From Rhodosorus marinus CCMP1338 (taxonomy: Eukaryota > Plantae > Rhodophyta), in NCBI GenBank assembly GCA_029953675.1, contig JAMWBK010000010.1:1626455-1690454 (forward strand): a stretch of DNA of 64,000 nt. The letters are read 5' to 3'. Under the pieces are notes generated by a model that was not told where the DNA came from, searched no databases, and saw only the letters and a list, made by a program, of their open reading frames with translations. Position 1 is the first letter of the stretch, and each line of letters starts with the position of its first letter. Shown here piece after piece: positions 36,965-45,979 of the stretch. Made by a program: the position numbers and the translations under genes.

Positions 36965-37762
36965 GAGGCGTCACACTCGCCTCAAGTACATCCTCAGCGA
37001 ATTTTTGACTCGGATAAGGCATACGGTTGAGGTTGAGTCGGAACTGCCCAGATCAATCTCGGACTCTGCACCGCCCCGTTGTATAGCCGATCTCCTCGTC
37101 TCCGACGCTGCTGCCAGACGCTAAACATATGTGGACCTTGCGATTACCTTCCCCGTGGCCAGCGCCCACCTCACCGCAGCCGCCCGCCGCCGGGGGGCCG
37201 TGGCTTCAGCCCTTCGAAGAGTTAAGGAACGACGGTATGCTGAGAGCATGGCCAGTCTGCCTTGCGCTGAGGGTCGCTCTCACCGGTTCCAGCCATTCAT
37301 TGTGGAAAGCTTTGGTCACGTCGATAAGTCGGGTTTAGAGTGGTTGCGGAAATGTTTTGCTGAGCATCCTACTGAATATTTGGCGCTCTTGAGGCGTTTA
37401 AGTGTCTCCCTTTGGCGATATTCCAGCGACATGCTTTCCGAGGCGCGCCATCGGCGCCTGGGGTTGCATGCTTCCCTCCCTAGTTATTAGTTCATCTTCA
37501 CGCCTTGCGTAGCGCTTCAGGCTATGCTAGTAAAGTCCTAGTAAAGTCCAGTAAAGTCCTACTGAATATTTGGCGCTCTTGAGGCGTTTAAGTGTTTCCC
37601 TTTGGCGATAATCCAGCGATATGCATTCCGAGGCGCGCCATCGGCGCCTGGGGTTGCATGCTTCCCTCCCTAGTTATTAGGTCATCTTCACGCCTTGCGT
37701 AGCGCTTCAGGTTATGCTAGTAAAGTCAGCAAAGTCCAGTCCAGTAAAGTCCAGTAAAGTCC
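36965..37762 (+). mobile_element. 5'-truncated family B insertion with a tandemly duplicated 3' end and a 7-bp TSD (AGATCAC)
   Basis: Near-identical to 48533-49120. A second partial 3' copy spans about 37556-37762. AGATCAC lies at 36958-36964 and 37763-37769. Confidence 0.92.
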
Positions 37763-37858
37763 AGATCACCCGCCGGTGGCGGCCATCAATCAACATGCAG
37801 CCGGAACGCGTCTCAATCAACTTCCGCTCAGGACAGGTGTCACGGTTCCAGTGGACTA

Positions 37859-38163
37859 TTTCACGTCTCCAACAGCCAGCTGGGTATTACTCAAATTATT
37901 CCATATTTCGAGTTTTATTCCCCCCTAATTACTCCCAAATTAGGTAATATATCCCAATTCTATCTTGTTCTTCTCTATCTTCTTCCTCTTCTCTCCAGCT
38001 AACCTGGGAAATATCGAGTTTTGCCCATCGTACTTATACTCTTGCTCCATCGGGATGTGCAATAACTATTAAGCTCAAAAGGGTGTTGCACCTCCAGAGA
38101 TTTTGGCACAGCCCGAGCATAATTTTGCATAGCCGGACATTGCTGGAAGGTGGAGACGTCACA
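37859..38163 (-). repeat. 3' LTR
   Basis: Starts TGTGACGTCTCC after PPT GGTGGGAGGGA and ends GGAGACGTGAAA. Confidence 0.95.
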
Positions 38164-41100
38164 TCCCTCCCACCGAAGAAGAAGCGCGGGGTCGGGCAGA
38201 TTCAGCAGCACGATGAAAGTTCATGTAGTAGCGAATTTGCCTTTTTGTAGCAGAGGTTTGTGGCAACCACTGGTGAGCTGCAATCCATCGAGCATCAGCT
38301 ACTGTTTCCCCCTCGAAGTATACCATATATTCGCTGGTTCCCTCTGGTTTCATCCGATGACCAAGTACGGATGCGATTTCGCCTCCAGTCGCTGCTTCAG
38401 CTACCAACTCGGGTATGTCGGGTTGTACGTTGTCGGGAGAACCGACAAATTTCCTCAGCAGGGAAACGTGGAACGTTGGATGTACCTTCATTTCGGTTGG
38501 TAACTGCAGGGTATAAGCGACATTGTTCACCTTACGCTGGATTCTGAAGGGTCCGATGTATCGAGGTCTGAACGGTTTGGGATCTCGTAGCGGCAAGTTC
38601 GTGGTTGATAAGAGCACCATTTCGTCAGGGAAAAACTCAGGGTCACGCCTTCCCGCGTCGTAGCGGTTTTTCTGTACTTGCTTTGCGTACAACATGTTGT
38701 TCCTTGCTGCAATGTATTGGTCCTGCTGATGTCGTAAAAGAACTTCGGCTGCCTCAGGTAAGGGAGAAACGATAGCCTCCTCTGCACGTGGTACTATTAA
38801 TGTTCCCGGTAGCTCAGGGTTTCGTCCGTACAGAAGTTCGAAGGGCGAATACTTAGTAGATTCCGAGATTTGCGTGTTGTAGACCAACTCCGCCATGGAA
38901 AGATCTGCGGCCCATGTAGTTCGGGTACTGTTGCATCGGAGGTATGTCTCCAACGTCTGATTGACTCGCTCCGTTTGTCCGTCCGTTTGCGGGTGATAGG
39001 CTGTACTCAAATTCGTTCTGACCTTAAGTATACCCATCAGTCGTTGCCAGAATAGGCTGGTGAACTTAGAATCCCGGTCTGAAATTATGGTTCGGGGTAA
39101 TCCCGCGAACCGCACCCAGTGTTCGAAGAATAATTCTGCCGTTTTCGCCGCATCTGCGTCCGTCCGGGTTGGTATAAATTTCGAATATTTTGTGAAGCGA
39201 TCGACAATTACTAGGATTGCATCAGCTCCCGATGTAGTCATGGGAAGACTAACGATGAAATCCATGGTGATGTCCTGCAACTTTGTTTCTGGTACAGGTA
39301 GCGGCTGTAGAAATCCTTGTGATGCCCGGAGTGGTTTCTGCTTTTGGCAGATTTCGCACTTTCCAACCATTGATTGAACGTCATCCCTCATTGTGCGCCA
39401 ATAATAACGTCTCTTCAAAAGGTTGACTGTTTTATGGAGACCGAAATGTCCTCCCGTGGGTTCCTCATGATATCGCCGTAGTAAGTCCGGTACGAATTTC
39501 TGGGGCACACAAACGCGATGATGTTTGTACAAGATGTCCCGCTTTCTACGAAATCCCTGCTCCTCGTACTTCACTGCTTCTGGGTAGACTGCTGCGAAAT
39601 CAGGATCTTGTAGATATGCTCCGGTCCAATCTTCTTGGGATAGTATACCGGAAACCGCCATCTGGTTGATCGCTCCCCGGCTGAGTGGGTCCGCAATATT
39701 TTCCGCCCCTTTCTTGTATTCGATATTGAAGGAAAACGGCATTAAGCGATTCACATATCTCGCTTGTCTCTTGGTAAGCTCCTTTTGCGAGTGTAGAAAA
39801 CGCAAAGGGTTATGGTCGGTGCGAAGCCCAAATCGTTGGCCCTCGACGTACGTCCGCCAATGTAATACCGCTAGGGTCAACGCGTAGAGTTCCCGTTCAT
39901 AAGTGGAATACTTCTCCTCCGTAGTGGTGAACCGCTGTGAGAAGTACGCAATTGGATGTTCTCCATCTTCAAAGGTTTGCAATAACACAGCCCCTACTCC
40001 CTTGTTACTGGCATCAGTACAAATTGTGAAGGTTTTTGTAAAATCCGGATTTCGTAGTACTGGCTGCTGCATCAATTTCTCCCGCAGGGTGTCAAATGCT
40101 TTCTGTTGCTCCGGTCCCCACAGAAATTCTACATTCTTCCTCGTGAGGTTGGTCAGGGGTGCTGCTACCGGGCTGAATCGTGGCACATAGTTACGGAGAT
40201 AGCCCGTAAAACCCAAGAAGGACCTGACATCGTGCACATTTTCTGGGACTTGCCAATTTTTAAGGGCGGCTACCTTGCTAGGATCCGGCCGTCGTCTCCC
40301 ACTCCCAACCAGATGACCCAAATATTTCGTTTCTGGTACACCGAAGACGCACTTTGACCGCTTTGTATAGAGTCGGTGGTTTCTCAGCTTCGAGAAGACG
40401 ATGTCTAGATGTCTTTTGTGGTCTTCCTTATTCGCCGAGTAGATAATAATGTCGTCAAAGAAGATCATGACGAAAACGTTTAACTCGATGAAGAAAATAC
40501 TGTTCAATAGTCGAGTAAACACAGCAGGAGCATTTGTCAGTCCAAACGGCATCACTAACCACTCGTAAAGACCAAATGGCGTCGTGAACGCTGTTTTTGG
40601 AATGTCCTTCTTCTCCACGCGTAGTTGCCAGTAACCACTCCTCAAATCGATCACACTGAGATATGTGGCTTTGCCGAGAGCATCTAGACAATCGTCTATT
40701 CTTGGCGGGCTGGTCTTGTTGAGGATGGTTGCCTGGTTCAGTTTGCGGTAATCGATGCACAATCGCCGCCCACCATCTTTTTTGTCCACAAAAAGACAGG
40801 GTGAAGCAAAAGGCGGTGAGCTAGGTCGAACGAGGTTTTTGCTCAGCAAATCTTGTAGTTGAGTTTTCAGATCCTTCTGATCTGCAAGACTCATTCGGTA
40901 TGGTCTTTGGGATGTTGGTTCAGTTCCCGGTTTCAGATCAATTGTAAAGTTGACGTTTCGCCAAGGGGCCAGGTTCTTAATGTCTTCCACAAAAACGTCA
41001 GCGTATTTATCCGTAATAAATTCCTCCAGATCTTTCGCCTCTTCCAGTCGTTTTTGTGTAAATTTCGTCATATTTTTGATTTCGGGTTCCTCCGTATAAT

Positions 41101-41593
41101 TTTCAGGTTCTGGGTGGTCAGGTTGTTCAGGTTCTACTTCAGGGTTTTGTTCAGGTTCTTCTTCACTGTAATTCTCCCGGTTTTCAGGTTTCTGTTCAGG
41201 CTGAGTGACAAGTTCTTCAGCTTCTTCTGGTTGATTGCTCAGCTTGGCTTCTGGTTTAATGGCTGGATCTGTTTCAGTTTCTTCGGGGTATTCAGGTTCT
41301 TCTGGGTATTCGGGTTCTTTTTCTGGTTTTCCTTCTGGTTTGATAAGTTTATCTTCTGGGTATTCGGGTTCTTCTGGGTATGCAGGTTCTTTTTCTGGGT
41401 TTAACATCAGCAGCTGGTTTGGTAGGTCGAGTCTCGCTTGATAGTAGCTGAGGAAATCTCTTCCCAAATATCCAGGGCTCGTAGCGTCTTCAACTACATA
41501 GGGCTGCCAATCGAAGTGATGACCACCTAGTTGTAGGGTCACGTTGGCTTCGCCCAAGATTTTTATGGATGTGCCCGGCGAGGCCGTGTCCAA
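38159..41593 (-). CDS. pol: Gypsy Pol (protease C-terminal half, RT, RNase H, integrase, chromodomain)
   Basis: RLCIDYRKLN, MPFGLTNAP, IFFDDIII, TDAS, YSTYERELYA, zinc-binding H-H-C-C, SDRD and ERVNQ motifs. The protease active site LVDTGSS lies just upstream (about 41650) in a shifted frame. Confidence 0.95.
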   Translation of the reverse strand: MDTASPGTSIKILGEANVTLQLGGHHFDWQPYVVEDATSPGYLGRDFLSYYQARLDLPNQLLMLNPEKEPAYPEEPEYPEDKLIKPEGKPEKEPEYPEEPEYPEETETDPAIKPEAKLSNQPEEAEELVTQPEQKPENRENYSEEEPEQNPEVEPEQPDHPEPENYTEEPEIKNMTKFTQKRLEEAKDLEEFITDKYADVFVEDIKNLAPWRNVNFTIDLKPGTEPTSQRPYRMSLADQKDLKTQLQDLLSKNLVRPSSPPFASPCLFVDKKDGGRRLCIDYRKLNQATILNKTSPPRIDDCLDALGKATYLSVIDLRSGYWQLRVEKKDIPKTAFTTPFGLYEWLVMPFGLTNAPAVFTRLLNSIFFIELNVFVMIFFDDIIIYSANKEDHKRHLDIVFSKLRNHRLYTKRSKCVFGVPETKYLGHLVGSGRRRPDPSKVAALKNWQVPENVHDVRSFLGFTGYLRNYVPRFSPVAAPLTNLTRKNVEFLWGPEQQKAFDTLREKLMQQPVLRNPDFTKTFTICTDASNKGVGAVLLQTFEDGEHPIAYFSQRFTTTEEKYSTYERELYALTLAVLHWRTYVEGQRFGLRTDHNPLRFLHSQKELTKRQARYVNRLMPFSFNIEYKKGAENIADPLSRGAINQMAVSGILSQEDWTGAYLQDPDFAAVYPEAVKYEEQGFRRKRDILYKHHRVCVPQKFVPDLLRRYHEEPTGGHFGLHKTVNLLKRRYYWRTMRDDVQSMVGKCEICQKQKPLRASQGFLQPLPVPETKLQDITMDFIVSLPMTTSGADAILVIVDRFTKYSKFIPTRTDADAAKTAELFFEHWVRFAGLPRTIISDRDSKFTSLFWQRLMGILKVRTNLSTAYHPQTDGQTERVNQTLETYLRCNSTRTTWAADLSMAELVYNTQISESTKYSPFELLYGRNPELPGTLIVPRAEEAIVSPLPEAAEVLLRHQQDQYIAARNNMLYAKQVQKNRYDAGRRDPEFFPDEMVLLSTTNLPLRDPKPFRPRYIGPFRIQRKVNNVAYTLQLPTEMKVHPTFHVSLLRKFVGSPDNVQPDIPELVAEAATGGEIASVLGHRMKPEGTSEYMVYFEGETVADARWIAAHQWLPQTSATKRQIRYYMNFHRAAESARPRASSSVGGM

Positions 41594-41768
41594 TTTCCGT
41601 GTTGAGTCGGAATTATTGTGGTGGCGTCCGGTCTTCCCCTCAAGACAGAGTGGCTGCTGCCTGTATCGACGAGCAGGGGGGTTACCTTGCCGTTGACCAA
41701 CCCTTTGACTGTCATGTCCCCGTGGAGAGGGATAGGGACGCCTTGTTCAGCAACAGTAACGGCGTCCC

Positions 41769-42545
41769 CTACTGCTGCTCCTCTTTTAACTGCTGGGTTA
41801 AAGGCGGTGCCGACTTCGAGACAGTCAGATCCCGATCAGGGTTGTTCCAGCAGATCCTTTGTGTATGCCCCTTCTTCCCGCAGTAGTTGCAAACAATGCT
41901 GGTGTAGTTACGCTTCTGCAGCGCTTGCGTTCCGGGTTGGTAAATGCGTCCAGACCTGGTTCCCCTGCTTACAGTGGTCTGGGGCGTTGCCATTTTTTGG
42001 GGAAATTTCTCTTCCCGTCTGGAAGGTTGGCTGGCTGCCTCAGCTCCCTCAATTTTTAGGGCAAGTGCCTGTGCCGCCTCAAAATCCTGCACGTCCTGTA
42101 TGTAGATGTATTTCTTGACCTCGGGTTTAAGGCCTTCGACGAAGCGGTCGAATTTCTCTGAATCAGAAATTTCTCCAACCTGGATCAGACATTTGTTGAA
42201 ATATGCGGAATATGCTGCTACACTCGTTTTCTGCTCTGCCCGTGCGAGTTGCTGTTTCGCGCGGATATTAGCGTCTGCTGGGTAGAATTGCGATTTTAAA
42301 GCATCCTCAAATCCGGCGTAGCGCGTGGGTTTTTGCGATTCAGGTATCAGGGACCACCAATACGAAGCGTCGCCAGTGAGATAGCCCTCTGCGAGGGTAA
42401 TCTTGTAGTCGTCGTCGTCGTCAGGCAGACGAGCCAACTTAAAATACGTTCTCAAGCTGTTCAGGAACGTAGCAATGAGCAAAGCGTCGCGTCGCCCGTC
42501 ATAGGCTTTCGGTTGCGGGGCCTGGATCTTGATGAGTGATGCCAT
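41769..42545 (-). CDS. gag: Gypsy Gag with CCHC zinc knuckle
   Basis: Retrotransposon gag motifs (YLTGDASYWW, FVEGLKPE) and CNYCGKKGHTQRIC. Confidence 0.93.
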   Translation of the reverse strand: MASLIKIQAPQPKAYDGRRDALLIATFLNSLRTYFKLARLPDDDDDYKITLAEGYLTGDASYWWSLIPESQKPTRYAGFEDALKSQFYPADANIRAKQQLARAEQKTSVAAYSAYFNKCLIQVGEISDSEKFDRFVEGLKPEVKKYIYIQDVQDFEAAQALALKIEGAEAASQPSRREEKFPQKMATPQTTVSRGTRSGRIYQPGTQALQKRNYTSIVCNYCGKKGHTQRICWNNPDRDLTVSKSAPPLTQQLKEEQQ

Positions 42546-42640
42546 CTGCTGTTTGTCAGGTTTTGGTTCTCAGGTTCACTGGTTCTAGTAGTACTGGGCT
42601 CACTTTTCAGGTTCGCATAATGGTTCCTCAATCGCAACTT

Positions 42641-42652
42641 GCGATGAGACCA
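42641..42652 (-). promoter_or_regulatory. Primer-binding site TGGTCTCATCGC
   Basis: Begins with TGG 2 nt after the 5' LTR; the same sequence follows LTR2 near 3692. Confidence 0.85.
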
Positions 42653-42654
42653 GA

Positions 42655-42959
42655 TTTCACGTCTCCAACAGCCAGCTGGGTATTACTCAAATTATTCCAT
42701 ATTTCGAGTTTTATTCCCCCCTAATTACTCCCAAATTAGGTAATATATCCCAATTCTATCTTGCTCTTCTCTATCTTCTTCCTCTTCTCTCCAGCTAACC
42801 TGGGAAATATCGAGTTTTGCCCATCGTACTTATACTCTTGCTCCATCGGAATGTGCAATAACTATTAAGCTCAAAGGGGTGTTGCACCTCCAGAGATTTT
42901 GGCACAGCCCGAGCATAATTTTGCATAGCCGGACATTGCTGGAAGGTGGAGACGTCACA
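42655..42959 (-). repeat. 5' LTR
   Basis: About 99% identical to 37859-38163 by manual comparison. Confidence 0.95.
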
Positions 42960-44445
42960 GACTACGTAGCGGCCTTCCCAGTCATCGGGAATGGCAGTAC
43001 ACAACCTACCTACGCTGAGCGCAAGGCTCAGAATGCCTCAGTGCGCGGAAAGCAGCACAAACCCGCACAGTAGTAACCCCAGGGCCGCAGACCCAGCAAG
43101 TTGCCGTGAGACATCAGCACGCTACGGTGGGAGGAGCTATCTGGGGACCAGAGACTACACCGGTCCTCGCCACGCTCAGGAATGTACGACCCCCGCGGCA
43201 GGATGAAGTGGCCCCATCAGACTTTGCAACGGTTCTTTTGCCAAGCATTGGGGATCCCGAGCTCTTATCTCTTATGTGGTGCACGAGGACTTCATTGCTT
43301 CCCACGCCAGCCCTATATGCCACCCAGACGCAATCCCGCTTCTCTAAAGCGCCATTACACGGGGAGTTTTAGGACAGGGATTTTCGGATCCATTTACCCT
43401 GCGACACCCCGATCGGGAAGTGACCCTGTCAACTGGCCAGGCGCCCGAGGCCGATAACCTACTGGGATACAACGAACGCCAACGCATCGCACAGGCGGAC
43501 ATCGCGGCCCAGTCACTGCAGAGGACCATCGAGCAGATTATTCGCGTCCGTTCGAGGCTTCGCAGGATGCATCTCTCTTTCAATACTCTCGCGGCACTAC
43601 ACGAGTATCTGGACACAGCTAGCGGTACTGGTTTTTTTTTTGTTGGCTGAGTTGGGCGCGATTGAGTTTGTTCGAGATTTTGGTGTGGGCCGCCATCTTT
43701 CTGCGGCTGTTACTCGCCTTTCCCGGCGTCTCCGGGTCGTTCGCGAAGGGTTTTTTGGGTGGTTTTGGTCTGGGAAGGTGGTTCCGGTAGGGGATTGGTT
43801 TATTTTTAGTGTTGGTGTTTTGCGCGGCGATATTTCGGTCATCGGCAGTGCTTGTGGGGTAGAGCTACTTGATTGGCTACATTCGGTGTGGTAGGTGTAA
43901 ACCCAGACATATGTGCAGACCGCAGACTATGTTGCAGAGCCATATGATGCCTCTTAAGGCTTCACGAAGAGCCAGAAACTCAACCACACGGGTTGAAGTT
44001 GCGTTCAGTCTGCTGCATTGCTGGACAGCTTTGGGGGTCGGTCTGTGGACGTGCTCGGATTCGCATACGCAGATGAGGTACTGTACTTGAAAGCATTAAG
44101 GGTTGACTACCAATCAACTAGGCTCCAGTTCGAAATGATGTACTTCTCTGTCAGGTACCGAGCAGGAGCAAGTCGCACGTGTCTACTGAGGAGTACCTGT
44201 GCAGCTTCCGTTGGATTCATCAAAAATAGTAACTTAGTCATTGGCAGGATGGTAGGTGCTGGAAGGGTTATCTGGGTCACCTAATCAATCTGGGGTTTTG
44301 TTTCTTTTTCGGTCGCGAGCGTGTTCGTTTACGGGAAGCACTTCCTCTGGTACGCCTTCCCCTCGATTTTCCGCGGTGCGTCGTTTGCTTTTGCCACTAC
44401 TTCTGTCTTCCGGGTGGGTGTGTTGCGGGGCCTTTCCTATTTGGG

Positions 44446-45948
44446 TTGGGTTTGGTCGATTATTCTCTCGGTGCGGTTTCATATTGGTGGTGCAACGTTT
44501 CTTTTGCGCATTCCCTCAGGATGGTAGGGATATCTCCGCGCTCGACGGAGCCTCCTCCCAAGGAGGCACTGCCAGGTGGGGGACTCTGTGTTCGCCTCAG
44601 CTGCGGCACGTTTTCTTCCGAGGTTGACTTGGAAGGCGCTTCTGGCACCCAGGCGCGTGCACTTATCTCCGCTGTCACCAGCCTGATCACGGCTGCGAGT
44701 GATCGTGGAGTGCTCCCTCAGCTCACCCAGAAGCTAGGTGGGCTGGAATCGGGATTGGTGGCCAGGTCAAATTCAAATTCGGACGAGAATTTGAATTGCC
44801 CCAGAGTGGCAGCGTTGGCTGAAGGCAGTCAACATCCGGTCAATCAACATGAACCTGTCCCGGGACAGGCGAGGGCTGTTGCTTCTGCGCGGGACAGTAC
44901 GACGTTGGGGAGCGGCAGGCCGGGCCAAAACGCGCTTCAGCGCTCGGGGACTCGAGGCAATGGTGGTGGTGACTGTGCGGCAACCGGTGTGGAGGAGACT
45001 GCAGCTGTGGACTTCCCTCTCTTGGACCAGCCCTCAGGTGGTCACCAGCTCCCGGCTAATGCGGGGGCACGTGGTGGCCGCAAGGGGGGCGCTTCGTACG
45101 CATCAGTCTTGCGGAAGGGCACCACTGCCACACGTACGGCGGCTATGCTCCGTTTCATACCATCTCGCGACCCTCAGGATGGACCTGTGGAGACCACTCT
45201 CCAATTTCTGTGGGTGCGAAATGTCCGGCCCCAGACTACACGAGGACAGGTTCCGTCTATGCGAGACTTCCGGGACACTTTTGCGGAATCGTTAGGGTGC
45301 AGCCGGGGTGATTTCTTCTTCGCAAACTATGAGGGCCGCGACGTGCTGTTTTTGGTCTCCGCAACCGCCGCCAAGTACCTGGAGGCCTAGCTGGCGAAGC
45401 CTACCGAGCAGTGGCCTGAGAGCGCCCGGTGGCCTGAGAGCGCCCGGTGGCTGCGCTGCAACCCGCAGGTGGTTTTGCACTTGGATTTTGACCGTTTCTC
45501 GGGCAATTTCCTGTCTCCGGGAGAAACGGCAGGGCTCTCTGAGCATGAGAGCAGCGTGAAGGCGGCAGCGATCCATTGGCTACGGATTCAGCGCCTTGAG
45601 AGGATCTTGTTGGAGCGGTTCCGGTCGGGCCCTCGTCACCTGCGCATGGCGGTTTCCAGTTTCCTCGATCTGGAGAGGCGACTTGTGCTGACTTCGCGCT
45701 ACAAGACAGAGCTGCAGCGGGTGGGGATTTTGGAGGGCTCTGCTTCCAGCACTACTTCCAGCGAGAGTGGTGAGGCAGGGGAGCAGACTGAGGGCATGGC
45801 GGTGGTGGACGCCCAGGTTACTTTGCTGAAGCCCGCGGGATCCGTTCCGCGAGCCTCGCGGAGTGGGCGGCTCACGACCTTGGTGCGGATAGGAGGTAAG
45901 AGAGCGAGGACCGACTCCCCCGGGTCTAAGGGGGAGAAGCACGATTAG
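44446..45948 (+). pseudogene. Family B ORF1, with one in-frame TAG at 45388-45390
   Basis: 44446-45390 and 45469-45948 are in the same frame. LWVRNVRP...DFRDTFAESLG aligns with family A ORF1. There is an in-frame 18-bp duplication near 45412-45447. Confidence 0.7.
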
Positions 45949-45979
45949 CGCTCCAGGCACGGCTGCGAGGTCGCAGCCT

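Larger units (their letters stand above)
37859..42959 (-). mobile_element. Full-length chromodomain Ty3/gypsy LTR retrotransposon (LTR1 family), TSD GACTA
   Basis: 305-bp LTRs at 37859-38163 and 42655-42959 (3 differences counted). GACTA lies at 37854-37858 and 42960-42964. Domain order is gag-PR-RT-RH-INT-chromo. Confidence 0.97.
36470..43625 (+). mobile_element. 5' part (ORF1) of a family A element split by a family B insertion and a gypsy insertion
   Basis: ORF1 reads through both insertions when they are removed (...LLQDH|PPVAAINQH...VPVDY|VAAFPVIG...LATLRNVRPP...HEYLD) and is collinear with 57034-58618. Confidence 0.88.

Noticed and set aside
42641-42652. Tf1-type self-priming of the gypsy element
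   Set aside because: The PBS starts with TGG (tRNA CCA complement). The only LTR complement (CGATGGG) is short and lies immediately after the TATA-like box.
45388-45390. Programmed stop-codon readthrough in B ORF1 or A ORF2 (54221)
   Set aside because: Only one copy of each is visible and both elements carry other lesions, so single nonsense mutations are simpler.
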